A DNA stretch of 64,000 nucleotides from Perkinsus chesapeaki ATCC PRA-425. Its lineage: Eukaryota > Protista > Perkinsozoa. The position numbers were made by a program, and so were the translations under genes. Shown here one piece after another: positions 12,616-23,687 of the stretch. The notes under the pieces were generated by a model. It worked only from the letters and a program-made list of their open reading frames with translations, made no database searches and was not told the origin of the DNA. Position 1 is the stretch's first letter. Each line of letters opens with the position of its first letter. The stretch spans positions 78,342-142,341 of the forward strand of contig JAAPAO010000013.1 in NCBI GenBank assembly GCA_013115145.1. The letters run 5' to 3'.

Positions 12616-13180
12616 TGTTAAATATTGGTGTATTTATATTTTACGATAGCCAGCGGAACGAATTGTGTTGTTAGTAGCCCGGACACAAGCTAGCTTTGCG
12701 GGACTGTCCCTCATTTCCAAGCTCCCGACTGGCTTTATTCTGTGAGGGTTTGTCACTGATATATAGTGCCAAGCATGCATACTATGAAATGGCGCGAGAG
12801 TTCTATTGCAATTGTCATCACGATAGAATACATAGCATGCTTTTTTCAAGGAGATCCCCTTGAGCATCGGCCGACCCCTGTCTTCCTGTACACAATTGTC
12901 CCCCAGGAATTGCCTCGGCTAATAATATTTTTCTTCACCGCCACAACTGTCTCCTATATATATTTCGTGGAATTCAACAAGTTCGGCAGCCCACCAAAGA
13001 CTAACGCAAGTGCCATATTAACTAATAATGATAATGGTCTTACAGCTACTGCTGATGTACTGGAAAAGCAGCAAGGGCATAGTCGCCCAGAATGAGAATC
13101 ATGAGCGATTGCTCAATAGCTTATGTAAAACACGAAATGCTGTATGATGAATAACAGACTCTACTGTACGACATAGTAGA

Positions 13181-14413
13181 TTACTTGCCCCTGCAAGTGT
13201 CAGCCATACTATGGTAATCCTGACAGTTGGTATAATTGTGCTCTGCAGAGAAATCATCGCCGAAATAACAGCGAGACCAATCCCAGTTGTGGATAGCAAA
13301 GAGAGTTCCATCAGTGAGGAAAAGCTTATTGTATTGATCCTGTGTTAAGATGCCGGCCGGAACAATATCCTTTGAGAGCTCTTCCAACGTATTCCAAACG
13401 TACTCGATACCACCATTGGGGTCGGGATACTGAGATGTATCCTTCACGCACATAGACATTTTACCACAACCATTGCCCATCTTGCATGAACCCTCGACCA
13501 TAATGGTGATCTTAGCACGAAGGTTTTCCCAACCAGGTTGGGTACAAATCACGCACTGATCGGTCATCATCCATTGCATCTGCTCGACTAGGTCATCGGC
13601 GTGAGTATCGTCAACAGTATTCCTATAGAGCATCATGAGAGCTCTATCAGCATACTGCATAACGTAAGAAGTTTCCAATTGGTTCTCTTCTCCTTCGATA
13701 GTGCTCCCCACAAGAATGGAGTGAGGTGGGTAACCCTGCGATTGCTCAACATCCTGGACCATCTGCTGCGCGTTGACAAGAGCCTCTTTATAGAAGTCGT
13801 CCGGAACATCCTCGACATCGAAACTCACCCCTATGGGACCAATAACCGACATGTCCTGAGCCGACACTGATTGAATCAGGAAGTTCTTGAAGGTATCAAC
13901 GAACCCAACCATCTTCGTGCCGTTCTTCTCTACCACGTCGCCGTAGGTCATCCAGATAACCTCATCGTTACCACTGGCTTGTCTCCATTTTTTCATCCAG
14001 TTAACCAGCTTATCCGGGTCAGCAATAAAGTTATAGTTGGAGTAATCGGCGACATTGATATAGAGCTCACCGTAGTCCCAAGTGCGGCCTCTGTCACTCT
14101 GGATGAAGTCCGTCAGAGAAGGATCACCTTGGCGCCAGTAGTCTTGAGACCAAGAGTAGATACCCATCTTGTGACCATTGGTAATATTGCTGACAGGGAA
14201 CTGTGTCGGGCCGGAGGTTGAACTCATGGATGATGTAGTCGAGCCTGCCACGTCGCTGCCCGTCGTTGCCGAAGGACCTTGCTCTGAACTTGCGGTTGTC
14301 GTTACGACACTTGCGTCAGTGTCATTGTCTGGCCCGCTCTTCCCACTGCTCGAGGAGCACCCAGATATGAACAACGGGATAGACAAGAGTAACCAGGCAA
14401 GAGAAGTTCGCAT
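13181..14413 (-). CDS. Lipobox-like GH-like protein, copy 3 (intronless)
   Basis: Likely true start MRTSLAWLLLSIPLFISG-C-SSSS at 14413 (the ORF track extends further upstream); Ser/Thr-rich linker; GVSFDVED core. Confidence 0.85.
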   Translation of the reverse strand: MRTSLAWLLLSIPLFISGCSSSSGKSGPDNDTDASVVTTTASSEQGPSATTGSDVAGSTTSSMSSTSGPTQFPVSNITNGHKMGIYSWSQDYWRQGDPSLTDFIQSDRGRTWDYGELYINVADYSNYNFIADPDKLVNWMKKWRQASGNDEVIWMTYGDVVEKNGTKMVGFVDTFKNFLIQSVSAQDMSVIGPIGVSFDVEDVPDDFYKEALVNAQQMVQDVEQSQGYPPHSILVGSTIEGEENQLETSYVMQYADRALMMLYRNTVDDTHADDLVEQMQWMMTDQCVICTQPGWENLRAKITIMVEGSCKMGNGCGKMSMCVKDTSQYPDPNGGIEYVWNTLEELSKDIVPAGILTQDQYNKLFLTDGTLFAIHNWDWSRCYFGDDFSAEHNYTNCQDYHSMADTCRGK

Positions 14414-14866
14414 AATAACTAGGAGTTGAGGAAAAGAATAAAGACCTGTTACAAGCTTACCATCCGTGCTAGCGCGCCAACACAAAAACGTCACAAGGAA
14501 AGAATCTAATGAACTGAAAAGTATCACTGGCAGAGTATCGCTTGAAAAGTAGTAGTGAGACTGGAATGTAGGAGCCATTTAATGAAAGGCACGGCTTCCT
14601 AGGAGCGTGTGAAGATTCCAGAGAGATCAACAGAATTCTGTAGTGTAAAAGTATCTGATTCTCCGAGAAGTCTCGAAAACAATAGCGATATAGCTTGATC
14701 CTTGCACCAACAAAACACATTAGAGTAACGAATGAAATATGATAAGCATTCACTGATGTATCCGAGAGGTATTGCCGAACAATGGCATAAAAAGGCGATG
14801 GATGAACAATTGTTCACCACGCAAAAACGATTACTATACGAACCAAGATATAGAGGGCCCCAGTAG

Positions 14867-16072
14867 TTACTTTGTTCTACAAGTAGCGGCCATCGAATGA
14901 TAGTCCTGACAGTTGGTGTAGTTCTGTTGCCTCGAGAAATCGTCACCATAGTAGCAACGAGACCAGTCCCAATTGTGGATAGCATAAAGTGTACCGTTGG
15001 TGAGGAAGAGCTTGTCGTATTGCTCCTGTGTTAAGATTCCTTCTGGAACAATGGCATTGGTGAGCTCCTGGAGTGTGTTCCAAACATACTCAATACCACC
15101 AGTAGGATCGGGATACTGGGACGTATCCTTGACGCACATAGATAGCTTTCCGCAACCATTTCCCATCTTGCAGGAGCCTTCGACCATAATGGTAATCTTA
15201 GCACGAAGATTCTCCCAACCGGGTTTAGTGCAAACCACGCATTGATCAGTCATCATCCATCTCATGCGCTCAACGAGGTCATCTGAGTAGGTCCCGTTTA
15301 CTTCATTACGATACAACATCATCAGGGCCCTATCTGCATACTGCATGACATATGTGGTTTCCTGTTGATTCTCTTCTCCCTCAATGGTGCTTCCAACTAG
15401 AATAGAGTGAGGCAGGTAGCCCATACTCTTCGTTACATTTTGCACCATGTCCTGGGCCGACATAAGAGCCTCCTTGTAGTAAGTATCCGGGACATGCTCT
15501 ACATCGAAGCTGAGGCCGATAGGAGCAATTTCGGCCATATCTTGAGCTGACACGGACTGTGTAAGAAAGTCCCCGAAAGTCTTAACAAATCCGACCATTT
15601 TGGTGCCGTTCTGCTCCACAACATCACCATAGGTCATCCAGATAACATTGTCGTTGCCACTAACTTGTCTCCACTTCTTCATCCAATCGACAAGTTGAGG
15701 CTGATCAACAATAAAGTTGTAGTTGGTGTTATCGGCCACATTGATATATAACTCGCCGCAGTCCCAATCACGCCCTCTGTCTGTCTGGATAAAATCAGTC
15801 AGAGACGGATCGCCTTCTCTCCAGAAATCCTGAGACCACGCGTATATGCCAATAGGATGGCCTGTACACGGACTTGAGCTAGCGGGTCTAGGAGTCGGAG
15901 GAGCACCAGTGGTCTCCGAAGACGCTCCAGGACCGTTGGGATCACCTGGCTTATCCGAAGGTGGATTCTGGGTCACAGCGGAAGCGTCATTACCTTTTGA
16001 GTCGGACGAACAACCTCCGAAGAAGCAAGCAAGAGCGACCAGAACTGGTGATAGAAGGAGAATGGACTTCAT
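14867..16072 (-). CDS. Lipobox-like GH-like protein, copy 4 (intronless)
   Basis: Likely start MKSILLLSPVLVALACFFGG-C-SSDS at 16072; GLSFDVEH core. Confidence 0.85.
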   Translation of the reverse strand: MKSILLLSPVLVALACFFGGCSSDSKGNDASAVTQNPPSDKPGDPNGPGASSETTGAPPTPRPASSSPCTGHPIGIYAWSQDFWREGDPSLTDFIQTDRGRDWDCGELYINVADNTNYNFIVDQPQLVDWMKKWRQVSGNDNVIWMTYGDVVEQNGTKMVGFVKTFGDFLTQSVSAQDMAEIAPIGLSFDVEHVPDTYYKEALMSAQDMVQNVTKSMGYLPHSILVGSTIEGEENQQETTYVMQYADRALMMLYRNEVNGTYSDDLVERMRWMMTDQCVVCTKPGWENLRAKITIMVEGSCKMGNGCGKLSMCVKDTSQYPDPTGGIEYVWNTLQELTNAIVPEGILTQEQYDKLFLTNGTLYAIHNWDWSRCYYGDDFSRQQNYTNCQDYHSMAATCRTK

Positions 16073-16526
16073 GATAGTGTATTTGGTACCAACTGTGGTG
16101 TAGCGACGAACCGCCAAGATGGATTCCCAGGGGCTAGTATCTTTCCAAGCTAACGCACAATGGCAACGAGAGACAAACATACACAAAGGAGACAACGACC
16201 AGCTCCACTGTGACACAGCAGCTTGAATTACACGTTGCCGCTCCACAATGTGTAGAGCAAACCAAATGAGACGACATGCCAAAAACTGAGCCTATTAGAT
16301 GGGACGAAAAAACTCAAGACCCTGAACCAGGCATTCTTCCTCCACTTCAGATTTACAACGCATTCCACCAGATTTCGGATCTGATACCAGTGTTAAAGCG
16401 ATGGTCTGTTCATCTCACACGACGAAAGACAGAGAAACATAACAGTTTGAGAATTATACTTTGCACAATATTGACGCCTTGGGGTTACTAGGCGTCACGA
16501 GATGTAGAAGAAGGAATGCACAGCAA

Positions 16527-17881
16527 TTACAACATCCTGCAATCGGAGGCTAAAGGATGATAGTTTTGACAGTTTGAGAAACCCATCTCCTGGGAAAACG
16601 AGTCACCATAGAAACAACGGGACCATTCCCAGTTGTGGATGGCAAATGAGGTACCATTGACGTCGAATAGATGATCGAACTGTGCTTGGGTTACAATCTG
16701 AAAACAGCTAATGTTAACGCGAACGATAAGGACATCGAACTGGATGCCGCAAGGAAGCGTCTCTTACCCCATCGGAAATCATTCTTCGTTGTAGTTCTTG
16801 TAAGGTATCCCACACGTATTGAATACCACCCGCAGGATCCGGGTAAGAAGTGGTATCTTTGGCGCACATGGAAAGCTTCTTGCAGCCGCTGCCCATTTCG
16901 CATGCACCCTCAACCATAATGGTGATCTTAGCCTTAAGATTCTCCCATCCAGGTTGGGTGCAGACAACACACTGCTCAGTCATCATCCATTTCATACGCT
17001 CTACCAGATCATCCTCATACCTGACATCACAGCCAAAGTGATAAAATGAGAACCTATCACACAAATATCCCAACTTACGTTCCGTTAACTTCGTTCCTAT
17101 AAAGCATCATAAGAGCTCTGTCAGCATGACGCATAACAAACTCGGTCTCAACAACATTCTTTTCACCTTCGATGGTACAATCAACGAAGATAGATCCAGG
17201 CAGATATCCCATTCCCTCTGTAACTTCTTGCTTCATAGTTTGGGCATCTATCAGTGCCTTCTCATAGTATTCTTCTGCGACGTGCTCGACATCAAAACTG
17301 ATGCCCATAGGAGCAATCAAAGCCATATCTTGAGGTGAGACCGATCTCATTAAGAAGTGTTTGAAAGTCTGTACAAATGCCACCATCTTAGGGCCATCCT
17401 TCTCGACGACGTCACCATACGTCAGCCAGACAGTGCCAATGCTGCCGCTCTGCTTGCGCCACTCCTTCATCCATTCAACGAGCTTGTCCTCATCCTTAAT
17501 CCTGTTGTGGTTCGAAGCGTCCGCCACGTTGATGTACAAATCACCGCAGTTCCACTGGCGACCCACAGGGTGATCCAAGAAATTGATCAGAGAAGGATCG
17601 CCCTCACGCCAATAGCCCTGAGACCATGTATAGGTGCCAATACGGTTACCAGTGCAACCGTTGCCTGGAGGTGGCCTTGAGGTTGGCGGAACTCCTGTGG
17701 TCGGTGGGAACGTCGGCACTCGACTCGGATCCGGCGGAAGGGTGGGAAGACCGGGCCCTCCGCTTGATCCTGGAGCACTGCTTGTTGAGCACCCACCGAG
17801 AAACACGGTGCTTGTGATGGTGATGGAGATGCATAGTACCGATGTAAGGACTGAGGAGAGACTCTTCGGAGCGATGAGCAT
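16527..17881 (-). CDS. Lipobox-like GH-like protein, copy 5 (two introns: 17021-17078 and 16698-16767)
   Basis: Start MLIAPKS...VFLGG-C-STSS. Removing two GT..AG introns restores YRNEVNGT|YEDDLVERMKW and MISDG|IVTQAQFDHLFDVNG, colinear with copies 1-4; stop TAA at 16527-16529. Confidence 0.85.
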
Positions 17882-18295
17882 CCCGGAGTGTGAGGAACTA
17901 CAATAAACTGAAATACGGAAAACGGTACAAAACACAGAAAAGACGTTTTTCTCCAACTCAGCTTTACAGACGAGCTAGAAATTGTTACAACTGTCCCACG
18001 CTAGCAGAAGCGGCCATCCTGGTGGCCCAACACAACACCACTTTGGTCGACACAGAGCTGTCTCCCGTGAGAAGGAATTGCGACCCACTGTGTTTTCAGC
18101 TGGCATATTACTCTGCTAGTGCCATAGAGCTTGTATTCCACATTGGAACCCCTATTGGTTTTGCGCAGAGGTGGCGCGCAACTGTATCCCGATGCGAACG
18201 AGCCTTGAACTAAATACCCAGTTTACAGGAATGAAAACTTCAATTATGGACTAGTCAAGCACGACATTATCAAAAGATAGATGGAGCATGTTAAT

Positions 18296-20557
18296 CTAGG
18301 CGATCATAACTTCGGGTGAGGCAGCCTTAACATCGTCTTCTTCAAGCCAAGCTCGAACTATACGGCGCATCCCTTCTCGCGCTCGCCTAATATTCGAGCA
18401 ATAGCGCAGGCTTCTGGTTGGCTAGTTTACTCTAGGCTTTCATCCACCTTTTCGCTCCCTTGATGAGTCCAGTAATGGTGCGAGGCGATCGGAACCTGTG
18501 CAGTCAGAGCTATCACGATGTGCATCGAAAGCTCATTCCATTGAAATGATTCCAACTCACCCAAATAGTGGGTAGGTGAGGACTATTAGACGTAGTAAGT
18601 GCCAGTCGATGCCAGGGATCTATGCCACCATTGATTGAGAGAATACGCGTGGCGTTGTTGAGTGATAGACCACCGTGTTTCTTGTTGGTCTTCTCGATAT
18701 TAGCTGCTACCTGACCGCACTCTGTACTTCGGTGACTTATTCTTGTTCACAGATGCAGATTGGATTATAGTTGTTTTTACAATAATGTACAAGATGACAT
18801 ACGAGCATCTCCCACTGTTTCCCAACGTTCACGCAAATTCCATACTTGGCCATCGGTGAATCCCCATGCAATTTCACAAGGCAGCATGTTCCCCTCTAGA
18901 TCAGCAACGCCTGGCGTCCACAGACAGTTGCGACTTGAATTGCAGGTTTGATAAAAACCAAACTCATTGCAAGTTTGAAAAGTCCACATCTTCATCCAGT
19001 TGCTATCGGACTCGTTCTTGTACCTGATAGTGTCAGAGATCCTTACTACCCCATCACAGAGTAATAGTCCCCGAGCAGGTTACATTTTCACGACTTTGCT
19101 GAAGTCGATGTCCTCGCAGTCTGATTGGTTGAACCGGTTAACCACGGCCAAGCGTTCAACTAGGGACCTGAGTAGTCCAAGTGGCAGCAAGACATGCCAA
19201 GGAGATCCGTACTCGGGCACATCAGAGTCGGTGAAGTAGCGACAGATCTTGTCGATATTGCACAGTCTACCTTTGCACTGTGGATCATTAGATTGCGTTT
19301 CGAAGCCCAGTAGACCTCCAGAAGCCCTGAACATTGCACTCTCAGTACAACATTACACGCCGCTAAGTCAGTGAGCTTACCATGTCTTCACGTTATCCAC
19401 GTTCTCTAGCATATGAGTGCCGCAAATATTGAAAGATCTTTCCAGCTCTCTTCGGCCCTTGGTATCTTCCAACATTTCGGCTACCCTGGCGTGGGCCCGT
19501 TTGACCTATGCCAACAACGAATACTCCTATAGAGTATTTCCGGCGACTTACGGCTGACGCACAGGCGATGCTTCCTCCAATCAGCTCATTCGCAAATGTA
19601 TAACCAACAGCATCGTTGTATCTATCGTAAACCATATACAACAATATTATTGCCAAATGACAAATGTTACTCTGGAAAATCAAGCCTTGCCTCAATCGGT
19701 GCGCTGGAGCTCACAGCCCCGACGAACTTCTCAGGATACTCAGCTCGAGCCCAGGCAGCGACCACCTGACTGAGGGTAAACAAAGCTAACTATGAGGGGA
19801 GGGAAATATAACGATGTTTAGAGCCCAACGGTATGGATGATATCCAACAATACCCCTGGATAGCTCCCGCCAAAGGTAACAAATTGTGCACTTCCAAGAC
19901 CATAATGGGAAGCGGCATAGTCACGAAAACGAGCGACATCGGCCACGGCCTGATCGCTGGTGAAGGTCTTCTTTAAAACCTCAGCCGATAGATTACTGGT
20001 TGGCTTCTCTTGACCGTAGTATCTAATCATAGCGTACGCTATTGACCCCCTAAAATAGAAACTAACCTGTGCTCGAGAGCCATCGCTATAGCGCCGATTT
20101 CTTTGGCGAGTGATATCATATCATCTGCGATATTTGACGCTGTAACTGCATTGTCGGGAAGAGAAGGTGATTCTCCACCAGTGTACAATAGAACAACCTG
20201 ACAAATGCGCATCATAGCAGCTGAGACCGATACTTCCTCACTGGCCTTTGGTTCTGACCCTGTCTTACGAACTCGTGGTTGTAGAGGTATTTTTGACACC
20301 AAGTTTTTGAGGATCGGTGATTATCTGAAGGACTCCGAGGCTCTTTTCTCAGTTGGCAGATATCTCCAAATGAGTGACGTACACGCACCTTTAGAAAAAT
20401 GGTCCACCAGCTGGTCACAATAGAAATGTGTATGGTTCCCTTCTGTTTCAGGCTCCGGTCGTTGCGATAAACCCCCCGAATGCATTCTAAGCCATTCCCT
20501 CTGAGATGGCAAGCTCGCCACTCCGCTCAATAGAATCGCAGTGCTGATGGCAATCAT
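18296..20557 (-). CDS. Serine carboxypeptidase, peptidase family S28 (PRCP/thymus-specific serine protease-like), copy 1, multi-exon
   Basis: Signal peptide MIAISTAILLSGVAS, HFYCDQLVDHF, ALEHR|YYG, nucleophile motif FVTFGGSYPG, WTFQTCNEFGFYQTC, INGGIDPWH. Confidence 0.9.
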
Positions 20558-20662
20558 GTTTATGTAAAACACAAGGGCTATGGAATCGATGGCAAGAGTA
20601 CAATAGGAGGTATCGAGCTGCACAACTGGAAATAGATTCTTGCCGGCTGCTGATTGAAGATT

Positions 20663-20701
20663 AGAGTTAGACCGCCGTGCTTCTTATTAGCTCGTTCGAT
20701 A
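20663..20701 (-). pseudogene. Orphan fragment of an S28 peptidase C-terminal exon (IERANKKHGGLTL)
   Basis: 30/39 nt identical to the IERTNKKHGGLSL exon of copy 2 (~21452-21490), with differences mostly at synonymous sites; no flanking S28 exons. Confidence 0.7.
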
Positions 20702-20837
20702 ACTTGATCCGGAGAAGGTGCTGTTGGACTCGCACCAAGGCATTTCCGACGTTGGACAATAAACTCACGAGCCCAACACACATCGAATGAGAGCATAGAC
20801 GAAAACCAACAAACATTTCAACGGTAGCTCAACTATG

Positions 20838-21050
20838 ATCGCTGGCTCATCAATCAGTTGATAAGGTATGAAACCATTCAAAAGATCGGAGCTTCATCGA
20901 GCAACATTTCCGTCGGACGTGCTCATGGGACTCCTAGTTCTTCCCAGACTGCCCTTTGCTGCGCTAAATTTGCATGTATGTCAGAAACAAGCACTCCAAA
21001 CCGCATTACAAACTAAACATGCAACTCGTAAAGATAAAGTGAGACTTGCC
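20838..21050 (-). pseudogene. Degraded remnant of the last exon and 3' flank of the RWDD2-like gene
   Basis: Aligns by eye to 23860-24030; translates ECLFLTYMQI* versus EDLFLTYMQIYRG in the intact gene. Confidence 0.75.
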
Positions 21051-21114
21051 GGTTGACAAAGACCGCCCAAACGGCATAGACAAGTGATATGTATTTTGTA
21101 GCCAAAGCTCGTAT

Positions 21115-23313
21115 CTAAATAACTAACGTATCCGACTTTTCCAAGCCCGAGTTGTCATCATCAAGCCATTGCTTTACTATACGGCGCATGCCTTTCCTAG
21201 CTCGCCTGAAAAACAAAGATTCATCTTAAACCTAGTGAGTAGCTTACTCTAGGCTTTCCTCGACCATGCCGCTTCCTTGATGAGTCCAGTAATGGTGCGA
21301 GGCACTCGGAACCTGTACCATTCATGAAGACGTCAACACTCCAATCCAACTCACCCAAATAGTAGGTAGGTCAGGACCACTGGATGTCACAAGTGCCAGT
21401 CGATGCCAGGGATCTATACCACCATTGATTGAGAGAATACGGGTGGCATTGTTGAGTGATAGACCACCGTGTTTCTTGTTGGTTCTCTCGATATTAGCTG
21501 CTACCTGATCCAGATACATCAGAGCAAGATGCTTTTACTAGTAAGCCGAACGAGATGGCAGCGGAGTGATTCCATTTTTCAGGAACAGCACATAGAGCGA
21601 AGTACCTCTTTTTCGGTGAAGCCCCACGCAATTTCGCAAGGCAGCAGGTTCCACTCGAGATCATCGACGCCTGGCGTCCACAAGCAATTTCTACTTGAGT
21701 TGCAGGTCTGATAGAAACCAAACTCATTGCAAGTTTGGAAAGTCCACATCTTTATCCAGTCGGCGTCGGACTCGTTCTTGAGTCTACGAACGAGCCGTGT
21801 ACTCTAGAGGCGAGAGCGAAAACGTCGTACATTTGGACAGTCTTGCTGAAATCGACGTCCTCGCATTCCTCCCGGCTTCGTTGATTAACGGCAGCGAGGC
21901 GCTCAACTAGGGACCTGAAGGATTCGACGTTAGTTGGGAATCCAGTGGCTCTTTCTACTCCGGCACATCAGGATCGGTGAAGTAGCTGCACATCTTTTCA
22001 ATGTTGCACAGCTTACCTTCACAACGCGGATCATTTGATTGGGAAGAGAAACTCAAAAGACCTTCGGATGCCCTGAGAGGAGCCAAATGTGTTGGTCACC
22101 ACCCGAAGAGCTCACCATGTTTTTACGTTGTTCATGTCCACTAGCATGTCAGTACCACATATATTGAAAGCCCGTTCCAGCTCCTTCCGGCCTTTAGGCT
22201 TCATCAACATCTCGTGCACTTTAGCGTGGGCTTGCTTGATCTGCATCAACAGGCAACATTTCACAGGGGGTCACTCGGAGCGACTCGCTCCTTACTGCAG
22301 ACGCACAGGCTATACTCCCTCCGACCAGCTCATTTGCGAATGCGAGCCCGAGGGCCTCATTGTATCTTTTATGAGCTACGCATGCTTATCATAACAGTAC
22401 GCGAGCAACACTACTCTGGAAAGTCGAGCCTCGCCTCAATCGGTGCGCTCGAACTCACAGCTCCGACGAACTTATCAGGATACTCCGCTCGAGCCCAGGC
22501 GGCGACTACCTGAGACAGAGCGCACAAATGGTGACGATTCGAGTAAAAACAGTATGATATTTAGGGCGAAAAGCTATAAATAATAATCAGCAATACCCCT
22601 GGATAGCTTCCGCCAAAGGTAACAAACTGAGCGTTTCCAAGTCCGTAATGGCAGGCAACGAAGTCACGAAAACGAGCGACATCGGCCACGGCCTGATCGC
22701 TGGTGAAGGTCTTCTTTAAAACCTCAGCCGATAGATTACTGGTTGGCTTCTCTTGACCGTAGTATCTAATCATAGCGTACTCTATTGACCCCCTAAAATA
22801 GGAACTAACCTGTGCTCGAGAGCCATCGCTATAGCGCCGATTTCTTTGGCGAGTGATATCATATCATCTGCGATATTTGACTCCGTAACAAGATTGTCGG
22901 GGAGAAGAGGTGACTCTCCACCAGTGTAAAGTAGAACAACCTTGCAGATGAACGACACAGTGTGTACGATGGGGCCCGTCGGACCGATGGGCTCTTCCTT
23001 ACTGGCCTTTGGCATCGATCTTGTTTTGCGAACTCGTCGTTATAAAGGTACTTCTGACACCAAGTTTTCGGGGATGGGTGGTTATCTGAAAAATCGCTCT
23101 CGCCTCAGTTGGCAGACATCTCCAGATGAGTAACGTATACATACCTCCAGCAAAATGGTCCACCAGTTGGTCACAATAGAAATGTGTATGGTTCCCTTTT
23201 ATTTGAGGCTTTTTCGGGGACAATAAACCCTCCCGGCGCATCATAAACTTTTGCCTTGGATATGGCAAGCTCGCCACTCCGCCTAAGAGTATGACGATGC
23301 TAATGAGATTCAT
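21115..23313 (-). CDS. Peptidase S28, copy 2, multi-exon
   Basis: MNLISIVILLGGVAS signal, HFYCDQLVDHF, FVTFGGSYPG, INGGIDPWHRL; exons colinear with copy 1. Confidence 0.9.
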
Positions 23314-23608
23314 TTTTTAATATAAAGCACAAGAGCTAGAAATCAGGAAAGTGAGCGTCGGTTGAACGCAGACGCTTCTGATTGGAAGACTTGGAATATT
23401 CATGTGGTCTAACGGAGATCCCGATGTAGTTATGGCGAGCATGAGCTCTAATATTACTAAGCAGTACACCAACTGTTAAAAACAGCTAAAACTGAAAAGT
23501 CACTGCGTCTTCTATCAGTCACTTCCATATTCGTATGTAGGAAAGGCTAAAGTCAGCACGGCCTCGAGGAGCTCAGCGACGAGGACGGCAAGGATCCACA
23601 CGGCTATA

Positions 23609-23687
23609 AGCACTGCTTGCTTACTTCCGAAGTACTGGGTCTGCTCATTAAGCAGAGCCAGTACTTCGGAAGTAAGTACTTAGTGCT
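23609..23687. repeat. ~80-nt long hairpin (19-bp perfect core, 6-bp apical stem, 5-nt loop)
   Basis: cttacttccgaagtactgg (23620-23638) pairs with ccagtacttcggaagtaag (23658-23676); tctgct/agcaga closes the loop; agcact/agtgct pairs at the base. Confidence 0.92.
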
